Source: Basidioascus undulatus (lineage: Eukaryota). From it: a DNA stretch of 34,695 bases. Position numbers and translations under genes: made by a program. The DNA lies in assembly GCA_000826855.1 (NCBI GenBank), contig JTLS01000072.1, positions 1 through 34,695 on the forward strand, given 5' to 3'. Numbering within the stretch: the first letter of the stretch is position 1; the number at the start of each line of letters is the position of its first letter. The notes below the pieces were generated by a model. The model saw only the letters and a list, made by a program, of their open reading frames with translations. It was not told the origin of the DNA and did not search any database. Shown here piece by piece: positions 24,830 to 34,695 of this stretch.

Positions 24830-26414
24830 TCACTCCCGCGACCCAGAACGCGCAGAAATAACCCTCTCCCAAATCGCCCTCCCTAGCCTCCTCCTCTCAG
24901 CTCGTGCACCGTTCTCCTCGTTCTCTAGAACGCTCGCATTCTCAATCGCTCGGCGCGCGAGGTACGGTATGAGGAAGGGCAGGGGGCCGTAGGGGACGTA
25001 CTGCGCATTGATAGAATCGAGGGTATTAGGAGCGTTAAGAAGGAAAATAGAGAAGAGCAGGCGCGGAAACGAGAGGGAAAGGAAGGGGAATCGACGCACT
25101 GTTGATTATTGCTGGGCGCCCCTCTGGCGGGGAGAGCTCCTAGGCGAGACGGGTGGTTGAGGGGGTCGGCCATGCCTGATTTCCGAAGGATAAACGTACC
25201 CATGAGCTGCCCGACCCACACACGCCCCCTCCACGGCTCCCTCACCCCCTACTCTCCCATAACTCCCTGCCCCTTCAACGCCTCTACCACCTTTTCCGCG
25301 CTCCCGGCGTTATGCGTCCCAACTAACAGAAAAGAGCCCCTTTTCCCATCCGCAAGCAGGTCAACGCACTGCCTCGCCTGCTCATCAAACGCAACGTCCG
25401 TCAGGCGCTTGCTAGGCCAGATCCACCGCGCGTCGTGCAGGTGGTACCGGCCGCGGACGAGCTTGATACCGGGATGGAGGGGCGGAGGGAGTTGCGCAGT
25501 GCTTGAGGTAGCGGTTCAGGCGCGCGGCAGAGGACAGTAGATAGGTTTAGTGCGAGTAAGGACGGTGGGTGAGGATGGGCGGGAGGGGGCATTGAGCCGT
25601 GTCGAAGAGCGAGAAAGTGAGGATGTGGATTGCGGGCTGTTACCTGTGGGAAAGTCAATGCGGGCTTCTGGCAAAGTAACGGCGGCACGGCTCACTGGAC
25701 TTCTTCGGCGTCCAGGATAAGCTTGACCACCAGCTCACTCGCTCTCTCTCCAAGGGCAACCAGGCCCTCCCAAAGCTCCTCCCACTCCCGCCTATCATCC
25801 GCCTCCTTAAACTCGTCCAGTCATAGCGCCCCAAGTCTCTCCTTCTCTCACAACACCCGGCCATTCCTCCTCCCCGTCTTCGGGTCCAGTCATCCTGCGC
25901 TGCACGACTCTCTCGCTCACGCCCTCGAGCAATCCCGGGTCCTTCAGCAACCTCGATACTTTGAATGAACGCCAGCATCGTCTCCAGCTCCGAGGACCCG
26001 ACAACCTCGAGCGCCTTCCTCGTCTCCTCCCACGCCGACCCGTCGTCTTCCACCGAGTACGCCAAGAGCGTCCCCACGCGCTGGCTGCCGTGCAGGCGGC
26101 GTATGAGCGGAAGGCACGCCTCGGCGGTCGGTCAACCCGCAAATAGCGAGTACATCATGTGTCGGATGAGGAGGCACGTGGGGCGGAAGCGCGAGAGGAA
26201 GGGTAGGAGACGGAGCAGGGGCAGACGGGAAGGAGAGGAACATGTAAGTGAGAGTAGGCGTCGAGAAGAAGGGTCAGTGGTGGGTATTTGTGCTGGAGGA
26301 CTGAATAGGGGTTGGTTTGGTGGCAAATGACCGTGAGAAGGCGATCGTCGACGGCACGAGAGCACGCCGGCCTCGAGCGAGATGAGTGCGAAGAAGCACA
26401 CGTGCAAGAGACAT
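24830..26414 (-). pseudogene. PUT1: Proline dehydrogenase (PUT1) homologue with multiple stops and frameshifts
   Basis: Motifs YSLFAG*PTAEACLP, LLAYSVE, VKLILDAE, QPAI, GIKLVRG, VGTHN, GQLMGMAD, YVPYGPL...PYLARRAIENASVL. In-frame TGA at 26132-26134, TAG at 25249-25251, and several frame switches. Confidence 0.85.
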
Positions 26415-28034
26415 GATCGACTTTGGTTCGAAATTCTGTACTGCTGGACGTATCGAGGATGGTGGTTGAGGATGAGGAGATGCAGCAACGCTGGTTACGG
26501 TATCAAGATAAGGCACCCGCCGCGTGATGCACGGCATGCCAAGGGAGCGGACGGTATCGCGGACTCCGCAGCCTGACAAGGGCATAGCGCGGCAGTGCAC
26601 AAAACTGCGTGTGAGCTCGGAGGAGCCAATTGAGAAGAAGGGTAAGGAAGAGGAGCGACGGGCAGAATGAGACGAGAGTTGGAAAATGCAAGAGAATGAG
26701 AGCGCGGCAGTCTTCGAGTTGAGTTCGACGATCAGCAACCAGCAAATCTCGCTTGCCCTAAACGCCAATGCCCATCCTGCTATCTCACCATCTGCCTAGC
26801 TATTGGAAGCATGATGACAGCAACCCTTTATAATAGAGAAGGCCACGCGACCGCAAGCCTGGCAGTGTCACCCCCGCCCCCTCTCCTCTACTCGAAAATT
26901 TTTCATGTGCCATTTCCGGGGACCCGGAGGGGTTTGCACAGCCTTCTCATGTTTTCTGCCCAGCTAACAGTTTATAAACATATTGGGTTAAATGTGAAAG
27001 TATGGAAAAGATAAGAAGCAGCGAGCGGCAGCAAGCATGCGGAGGCTGCCGGGACATTGCTGAGGAACAGACGCAGGTTTGAACTAAAACAACAAACATA
27101 CGCTTGCCCAAAACACTGAAAACCAGATGAGATGGAGCGACAACTCACTCCCGGTTGTCATGTTGGCTCACTTGCAAAGCAGGTCCCGACGAGCCTGCGG
27201 CTCGGCGTGCTTGCGAAACCGATTGGGTACTGCAGACCTGTACCTTCCGTTGCGTGAAAAGCATGAAGTGTTGGAGAACTACACGCAGTTTAGGACGCCT
27301 GGGCATTTTTCGCCCCGAGTGCTCCCTGTGCTAATTGCAGATACGACGAAGAAAGAACTTTTTCTGGACGAACGGATGAGATAGGTGTCTGTACCCATTA
27401 TCGAAATGTTTTCTGGGCTACCATTGGGACAACTGAATATTATAGATTTATAACTGCTATTTCAAGGGCCGGCATCAATCAAAAAATGCAATGGGATGAG
27501 GAGCAGACGCGCAGGGAGAAACCGGCAACACTACTGCGCAGCCTTCATTCCAACGGTGCGCGCACTGCACTGATGGTTGATGGTCTCAGGAGAAGTATTG
27601 ATATGCCCTGAACTTATTACCTCAATGTAGTGTAAATACCCAAACTCAGCAGTGAGAGCAATATTGCACCACGATGGCTTTGCAGGATAAAAGCTCAACG
27701 CTGTCGGGGCTGCTCAATAGTCCGGTGTCTCCACTTCACGGCCTTGAGAAGTACTGTACGTGACCTCTCAGAACAACAAGAACCGATATACAACGCTGAT
27801 TATTGAGGCGCCACCCAGTAAGTAACCGGTGTCGACCTGACAGTCCGCTGGTACACGCTCCCCTCTGAAACACCGTGGCCGTTGACAGACAAGTTACTGT
27901 AGCTGGAAGCCCTGGAAAAGAGGTCTGACTTTTTTTTTCCAAGTTAACCGCCTGTAATGTTTTGCAAGTCGCTGTCCACAATCACAGGAACACACTGACT
28001 CGTAAAGGACACAGCAGCATTCATAACACGAATC

Positions 28035-28096
28035 GCAGTCAAGCAGTCTCAGGCAGTCTCGGGCAGTCTCAGCAGTCGTCAAGCAGTCAATCAGTC
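28035..28096. repeat. Imperfect tandem array of GCAGTC (six copies plus CAGTC), period about 8-11 nt
   Basis: GCAGTC at 28035, 28043, 28053, 28063, 28072 and 28083, and CAGTC at 28092. Confidence 0.9.
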
Positions 28097-28217
28097 GTCA
28101 TGATTACAGACTTCGATTCCTTAGCTTTCCCGTCGAGGCAGTCAGAAACAAGGGGGCAGCGGGATGGGGAGCGGAGCGGTGTGTAGGAATGCGACTCACC
28201 GGCGGCGGCGTCGACGC

Positions 28218-28915
28218 TTACATCTGCTTGTGGAGGTCGAGCATCTGGCGGTGCATGCCGGGCATGGGCTTCTTGAACTCGCACATGCCGTCGCCGTGCA
28301 TCTCGAAGCAGCCCATCGCGCAGCAGTTCTTGGCCCTGCACAGTTCATCTAACTTTAGTCCGCGCACACCCTCACGTCGGGGAATGCGATTGAGGCGAAG
28401 GTGTGAGGAGGGCAGAGGGGAGAGGAGGGAGGGGGGAGGGAGAAGGAAGGGACGTACTTGAGGCCGTGGAGGTGGAGCGTGCCTGCGAGTTCAGCGTGGG
28501 CGTCAGCGGAAACGCTCTTTTGGTGAAAGGGAAGAAGGGAAGGGTAGGCCTGTCGGGAAAGGAGGACAACCGTACCCTTGTCGAAGCAGCAGCACATGAC
28601 CATGACCTTGCCCATGGTCTTGTCCATGAGCTCGCACTCCTCCTGCATCATCGACTCGTCGCTGTTCAAGTGAAGCTTCTTCTCGTGGCTCTTGTCGATG
28701 AGGAGGACGTTCTTGTCGGGGTGCTGCGCCCTGTTGACAGACAAACATAGTGGCGGCTGGGTCAGCTTCCGTTGTCCCATGGCCGAGAAGGAAAGGGAAC
28801 GACAGACTCACGCGAGGTCCTCGCAAACGCTCTTCATCATCGCCTCCATGTCGCCGTCCTTGCCTGTCATCTTGTCGAAAGCGGCCTTGATCTTGTCGGA
28901 CATGGAGGTCTGCAT
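28218..28915 (-). CDS. Small Met/Cys/His-rich protein, 133 aa, 4 exons (28915-28812, 28730-28576, 28482-28458, 28335-28218)
   Basis: Canonical GTGAGT/GTACGG/GTACGT...CAG introns keep frame and codons are strongly GC3-biased. Product: MQTSMSDKIKAAFDKMTGKDGDMEAMMKSVCEDLAAQHPDKNVLLIDKSHEKKLHLNSDESMMQEECELMDKTMGKVMVMCCCFDKGTLHLHGLKAKNCCAMGCFEMHGDGMCEFKKPMPGMHRQMLDLHKQM*. Confidence 0.85.
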
Positions 28916-29080
28916 GGCGGCGAGGGTATTTGGTACGTGAGAGTGGTGTGGTTGTCGGGTGCTGTGTGTTAGCGAACGAAAGGCCGTCGTGGTCGAAGTA
29001 AAAGGCAGCCCTCGACCAGCTCCAGTCCTCTCTAGCACCCCTGCAGTCGATGAGAAGCGGATGAATCTTGTTACCCGAAG

Positions 29081-29330
29081 CACGTGAATGTTCTTGGAGG
29101 TGAGAATGGATAAAAGAGGGTAGCGGACGAGGGTAGCGGACGAGCGGGATGACGCTCGGGGAGTACTCGTGTAAATACCCGCGCACGGCAGGCTGCAAGA
29201 TGCCGCTGGGCGCACATTGTTGCGTGCGCACGGCTCCTTGCTGGGCACAGAAATTGAGCAAAACTTAGACCTCCATGTTTTCGCGAGAGTCAATGGTTTC
29301 GTGAAAGCCAAGGCTATCAAGCCACAGTTT
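29081..29330 (-). promoter_or_regulatory. Candidate sulfur-regulon-like motifs upstream of the Met/Cys-rich gene
   Basis: TCACGTG (Cbf1/CDEI-type) at 29081-29087 and AAACTGTGGC (Met31/Met32-type) at 29321-29330 on the minus strand. Function is inferred only from S. cerevisiae. Confidence 0.3.
29116..29144. repeat. 13-bp tandem duplication GAGGGTAGCGGAC x2 plus GAG
   Basis: Exact direct repeat at 29116-29128 and 29129-29141. Confidence 0.9.
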
Positions 29331-29991
29331 TATGGCAGGCTTTCTGCAGTTCTGCAGAGGGGCCGCGTTGACTTTCTCGAGTGCTAAGTTGAAGATTCCA
29401 CATGGCAGGTCTTCCCGGATCAGCACGACTATGCAGCTGCGGATGGGCCGCTCGTGGAGTAGCCTAGCTCGATAAGAATCCGTTGCGCAAGACTGTGAAA
29501 TGTCCAACGCTTTTTCACATGCACGGGACCTCAATCAAAGGATACCGTGGCCAAACCCTGATTATTTTCTTGCTTTCTTTTAAAGAAGTTCTTATGAAAC
29601 ACATACCATCCTCGAACGGACAGGGAGCCGTGTTGGGATAGCGCGACGGTTGGAGGCTGAGCGAGCTGCTGACAAGTCCATTGCGTTCAAATGACAGCCT
29701 AGATCAAGCCGTCCAGCACTTTCGAGAGGGGCTGAAGCTTCTGCTGCTGTACTACGTATATGGAAAGTTGGGCGCCCTGCCCGGCTGTCTTGGCGCGGCA
29801 ATGACGAGCGTCGACACACACTCGTGAGCGTGAGGCGTCTTGCACCCTGCCGTTCAGCGCGTTCTCCGGTTGGGCTTCACCGCTGGAAACCCCCAAGAGT
29901 CAAAGACTTAGTGCAGATGGTGAAAAAAAAAAAGAACAGAAAGAGTGACGAGGGCGGGAGCCAGACAAGGAAGGAGCAACCAAAAATTCTG

Positions 29992-30073
29992 TGTCGCTGG
30001 GCGGAATCGAACTGCCGTCTTCACGGGTCAAAGTAACCACAACGTGATGTACTAACCACTATACTACAGCGAC
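29992..30073 (-). tRNA. tRNA-His(GUG) with a 10-nt intron
   Basis: GTCGCTG acceptor stem pairing with CAGCGAC; D-arm TAGTATAGTGGTTAGTAC; anticodon arm TCACG-TTGTGG[TTACTTTGAC]C-CGTGA with the intron at 30027-30036 (position 37/38); T-loop GTTCGATTC; downstream T5 Pol III terminator. Confidence 0.95.
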
Positions 30074-30388
30074 AGTCGTAGTTTTTTTCAGCAGAATCTT
30101 TATGTTAGTATCAGTGAAGCTGATGCAAATGAAAAGAGAACGCACACGAGCGCTTGCGAGTCGAAATCCAGCGAGACTAGACGAGAGTGACTCAGTCCAG
30201 CCTTGACGAGGCAAAGAAACCGCACAGAAATTCGGAGAGAGCTACAACGTCCACATCAGACTCCGTGAATCGCATGCATGAGGGATAACGAAAACTCCTC
30301 AATCCTTTCGGTCCGCACGCACAAGAAAAGGTGCTTGCACCCACGAGAAAAAGCACTCAAATAGCGAGCAAACAATCGCTGCATCCCT

Positions 30389-32013
30389 CTATCGACGATC
30401 CCCATCATACACTGCCCACGCGGCTCCATACCGCACCGCGAACGCCGCCACACTGCCCAGGACCTGACACCCGAGCACGAGCCTTGCGAGTTTTTCCTCG
30501 CGCAGCGGCCCAAAGTGGACGAGCAGCACGGACACGAGCGTGAGGTTCGTCGCGCTCGTGATGTGCCCCGTGTGCGGGTCGTGCGTGAGGCGCGTGAGCT
30601 TGAGGAGGGAGAGGAGGCGGAGGAGGGTGGGGTGCGCGTTTCGCGCGCGCTGGAGGTAGTCGAAAAAGCCCACCTGCGCGTACTCGGAGAGCTCGAGACG
30701 CTGGAAGAGGGAGGTCGCGGCGTCCATCCGCTCGCGCAGGCGTTCGGGGCCAGCGTCGGCAAGCCCTGCAGTCAAGCCCCATAGGACTCGTTCCCCGAGT
30801 GCCTGGTCGATTTCATGGATATTCGACTGCAGGAGAATATGAGCCGCCTGCAAAGGCTTGATCTCCCTCCGGCCCAGGCGCTCCGCGAGGACCGCCTGTC
30901 GGAGGTGGGGGTGATGCTTCAGCGCGGAGAAGCTGCTCGAGGGCAAGCGCTGGAGGATGAGGGCAAGGAGGGGGACGTCTTGCTCGGACTCGAAGAGAGA
31001 GAGGGCGGTTTGGGTCGCGAGGTCGTCGTGCAAAAAGTGGTAGAGTGCGAGGACGAGGACGGAGGTCGTGATGGGTGGTATTGGTTGAGGAAGGGATCGA
31101 TGCAGCTCGAGCGCAGCGAGCGGATCAGAGTACGCTTCCAAGCGTACCCAGCCCGCCCGCTCGCCTTCGTCCAGAGTTTCCCACCCGCCAAGCTCGTCCC
31201 GGACAACCCTCAGCGCAGCGACCGCGCTGTGCGCTCGCTTGCTCCCAAACAGGAGCTCGGCTGCGCCGCCTTCCCTTCGCAGACTGGGCCGCTCGGATAG
31301 GGCGAATGCAGCGCGCAGAAGGGCACGGTCGCACTCGTGCGTGACGGGGTGGCCGCGCGCGCGGAGCTGTTCGCGGAGGGAGATGGCGTGGGACAGGAAG
31401 TTCGGCGTGAGGGATTCGGGGGTGAGGAGAAGGTCGAAGAGGGCGAGGAGGAGGTGAGTAGGGAGCGAAAGAGCGGTGGTGGCTGAGTGTCGGTCGGAGG
31501 CGAAGTGGTTGAAGCTCTTGTAATGCTTGACGGCGAGGAAAGGAGAGCGGGCATCGATCGCTGAAACGAGGGCGATGTGATGCGGAAAAGCGGAGGGGCT
31601 GTCTCGGCGCGATGTGAGCTTGAATCACTTGAGCTTGAATCGACACAGCTACTGAGAAGACGTACGGGTCGGAAGCTGGAGGTGCCGCTTGTACGTTGCT
31701 TTGGTCGGACGGCGGAGGTGCAGGTTGGAAGGGAATGCTGGAGGTGTCTTCTGCTCAGCGACGGTTGGCTAGCCACGCAGCTCGCCTTCGCATTCTCCCT
31801 TCCTGCCCGTGTACCCCACCTCATTGAACTGAAGACTCACCGACTCGGACCCTCCCCGACATTCCCTTCCTCCGCCCCGTTCCCGCTCACGCCGGCCTCG
31901 CCCCACTTTGCCCTTGAGCCCACCGCGCGCAGTGGCGGCGGCGGGGGGACCCGGGCTGTGAAGAACGCCCTGCCGAGGGACTTTCCGCCCTGCGAGAGCC
32001 GGGAGCTGCACAT
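30389..32013 (-). CDS. Hypothetical protein with a Leu-rich body and an Arg/Ser-rich N-terminus (possible mitochondrial presequence)
   Basis: Long open last exon (~31619-30389) with coding-like codon usage. Two upstream exons join in phase through GTGAGT and GTACGT donors. Start codon is uncertain. Confidence 0.6.
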
Positions 32014-32292
32014 TGGGCATCTGGCGGCGCGGCGGGGCGGCGGGGCGTGTCTTGACGTGTGAGCTTGAAAGGTGTAAGGTGCCTTGGAGTGAGCGGAGAG
32101 AGAAGACCCGGGCGGCCGACCAAAGGGGAAGGATGCGGCTGTCGGGTTTAAGTGAGTTCTTTGACTGTCGGCGTTAATCTCGTACGCGCCTGGACGCGTC
32201 TTGCAAGCGTTTGACTTGTACCGTTGCCGCCGTCTTCCTTTGCTAACTCTCCTGCAACCTCTGCAACATACCCTCATAGCATCCAGATCGTG

Positions 32293-33074
32293 ATGTGTGA
32301 GCTACGCCCCCCAAACCAGCTCAAACGTACCGCTGATCGCTTTCGGCCCACCCCTCCCAGCCCTCTACACCACCACCAAACCCAAGCGCCGTCCCACGTC
32401 CACTCCGGGCCCCAGCGGCAGCGGCGCGCACGGGCAGTCGTCCGCGTCCGCGGCGGCTGCGCTCTCGGACGAGCAGCGGCAGGAGATCAAGGAGGCGTTC
32501 GACCTCTTCGACACCGACAAGGACGGCGCGATCGACTACCACGAGCTGAAGGTCGCGATGCGCGCGCTCGGATTCGACCTCAAGAAGCCCGAGGTGCTCA
32601 AACTCCTAAGGGAGCACGATAAGCGCGGGGAGGGGCTGATGGAGTATGATGACTTTGTGCGGATAAGTGAGTCGGTGGGGCTTGAGGGTGAGGCGGGGAG
32701 GGAAGGACACGTTGCTGAAGGGGGAGAAACGCGGGTAGTGATGGACCGGATATTGGCGCGCGATCCGCACGAGGAGATACGCCGCGCTTTCCAGCTCTTC
32801 GACGAGGCGGGGACGGGCAAGATCACGCTGTCGAGCTTGAGGCGGGTCGCGAAGGAGCTGGGCGAGGGGCTGGACGACGAGGAGCTGTGCGTGGACGACT
32901 CTTACCCCCTGCCCCAAACACCCCTCGCATCCTCTTTGCTCACATGGACAATCCCCAATGTTCATAAACGTCGCTCCGTCCAACAGGCAAGCGATGATCG
33001 ACGAGTTCGACCTGGATCAGGACGGGGCGATCAGCATGGACGAGTTCTTCAGCATAATGACCGACGATGCATAG
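32293..33074 (+). CDS. CDC31: Centrin (EF-hand spindle pole body protein)
   Basis: 4-nt first coding exon ATGT, then ...[39 protein letters not shown]...[15 protein letters not shown]...[10 protein letters not shown]...[28 protein letters not shown]. Confidence 0.96.
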
Positions 33075-33420
33075 GGCGTGGGGGCCGCGGAGCACGTTTC
33101 TGTGTACTTGTATTCATCTTTCCGTCGCTGCGCATTATACCCCTTGAACATGTGCTCGACTGTAAAAAGTGCGGAGGCTGCCGGTTGCCCGATGCTGAGG
33201 TGACACGAATCTTTTTGCTGGCGATTGTTGGTCATTTCACATAGCTTGCTGTCACGGCGAAGAGATCTGCACATGTGGTCCCATATGAGGCCAGATCAGA
33301 CGTACTTGTCAGGCTGGTACTCACAGCCTTTAGCGAATGAGTACCGCCTACTGAATGGGTGGTGCAGTTCCACAGTTGCAGTCCAACCAAGTTGCTGCAA
33401 GATGCCAATGACCATATACT

Positions 33421-34020
33421 TGTCTAAATGATTTAATCGCTATATTATGAACTGCGTAGCTTCACTATCAAATTGAGAGTGAAACAAAGCATGCACACCA
33501 CTATCCTGCTGAAGAAGTGAGTAGGCACAACCCTCTACAGCTGCTGCCTACCTAAGCTACACGTTGTCTCCCAACCTCTGCAGCTCGTGAACTGCCACCA
33601 GGGGCAGAAACAGCCACTTCCCGAGGACAATGAACTGGGGTGGTTGAGGAAAGACAGCCTGGGACTAAGCCCTCATCTTCACCATGTCAGGACATTGTTC
33701 AGCAGGTCATTCAACATGCCAGAGCAGGGTTGAACATGTTGTTATACTTTTCGGAGTCAATTCAGCATGCGGTCCACTATGCTGTTCAAGATTTTATGCA
33801 GTTGTTCACTCAGCTCTTCAGCTTGTCCTTCAGCCTGTGATTCAGTCCTTAAAAAGGTCCCTGAAACAGTAGATATATGCAGAGTAAAGAGCAGGCAGAG
33901 AGTGTTGGTAATAGTTAGGCATATATGTTGTCACAGACACTTGCTGGATACTCTCACAGAGACTGCCCATCTATCATATGAGAAGCCTCATGAACACAAC
34001 TTACTTCGCCCTGTCTACAG
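33421..34020. other. CpG-depleted, TG/CA-rich degenerate segment (probable methylation-decayed repeat or gene relic)
   Basis: Only 8 CpG in 600 bp by manual count, against abundant CpG in the flanking genes. No intact ORF with a recognisable domain. Confidence 0.45.
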
Positions 34021-34508
34021 CTCCCAGGTCTCTCCCCTGTAACTCAGATTGTCTATCATCTTGAGCTGTAACTTGGGGCCTTCGACACAAAACTACGATC
34101 CAGTTTGGCTGACCATGCATGGCCAGACGGACACAAGGGCAATGCTATGCTTGCGGTGCGACTGCACAAGGCGATATGAGTTAAGAGCACGGCCGAGCAC
34201 TCGGACATTGGCACTTCTCGCTGTCCGAGAACAGTACGCCCAGACATATGCATAGTGCATAATCAAAGTATGGTCATGAATCTAACAGTGGTGGTTGAGA
34301 AGAGGGGTGGGGTTTGGGGGTTTGGGGAGACAAGGGAAGCACAGTGCGGAGTGCGGAGGGCAGGAGGTATGAACAAAAAAGGTGGGAAGTATTAAAGGGG
34401 GTCATAGGAGGCGAACGATGGCATAATTCGGAGTGCGTATTTCAAGGGACATTACGGGAAGAGCCGGGTATAAGTGGAAAGGGGTATAGAGGTGGATGAG
34501 GTGATTAT

Positions 34509-34684
34509 TTAGAACCGCCAGTACTTCTTCTCCTCCTTCTCCTGACGCTCGTCCTTCTTCTTGTGCTTTTCGTCGTCGCGCTCCTTGGAGTAGTCTTTCT
34601 TATCATCCCAGGATTCCTTCTTCTTGCCGTAGTCCTTCTTGTCATCTGAGTAGGACTTCTTGTCGTCCTTCTCCTTCTTGCCAT
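34509..34684 (-). CDS. Last exon of a Lys/Asp/Glu-rich repetitive protein; the rest lies outside the window
   Basis: After acceptor CCTTAG: GKKEKDDKKSYSDDKKDYGKKKESWDDKKDYSKERDDEKHKKKDERQEKEEKKYWRF* (TAA 34511-34509). Confidence 0.75.
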
Positions 34685-34695
34685 CTAAGGCACAA

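Noticed and set aside
24273..26134. A-to-I editing of premature TAG/TGA to Trp in the F-box-like gene and PUT1
   Set aside because: The same genes carry multiple frameshifts that editing cannot repair, and the PUT1 TGA sits where Gly is expected.
26950..27950. AT-richer intergenic stretch as a transposon remnant
   Set aside because: No terminal repeats or recognisable ORF, and CpG depletion is weaker than at 33.4-34.0 kb.
32275..32295. Divergent ATGs only 15 bp apart (minus 32277 and centrin 32293)
   Set aside because: The minus ATG lies in the C/A-rich centrin leader. A start near 32013 explains the minus gene without overlap and there is no independent support.

Overview
GC-rich, intron-dense fungal genomic DNA. 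Short GTRMGT...YAG introns and the gene content point to a basidiomycete, probably Pucciniomycotina-like (inference). Genes in order: malate dehydrogenase (5' end outside the window), a large F-box-like protein, a PL26/YetA-like exo-rhamnogalacturonan lyase, ATG27-like, SAS10/UTP3, a Ser/Pro-rich hypothetical, ERV46, a ~4 kb block of three broken genes (VOC/glyoxalase, F-box/LRR-like, PUT1 proline dehydrogenase), a small Met/Cys/His-rich protein, an intron-containing tRNA-His(GUG), a hypothetical protein, centrin (CDC31), a CpG-depleted relic and the last exon of a Lys/Asp-repeat protein. Three observations stand out. (1) A 133-aa protein that is 21% Met+Cys has exact yeast sulfur-regulon motifs (TCACGTG, AAACTGTGG) upstream, plus a candidate 3'UTR intron and a repeat array. 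(2) A 3-nt micro-exon is needed to restore the conserved GGYAWDN motif of the PL26 lyase. (3) The lesion-dense three-gene block is either local gene decay or assembly error. All gene models were spliced by eye and family calls rest on recalled motifs, not database searches.
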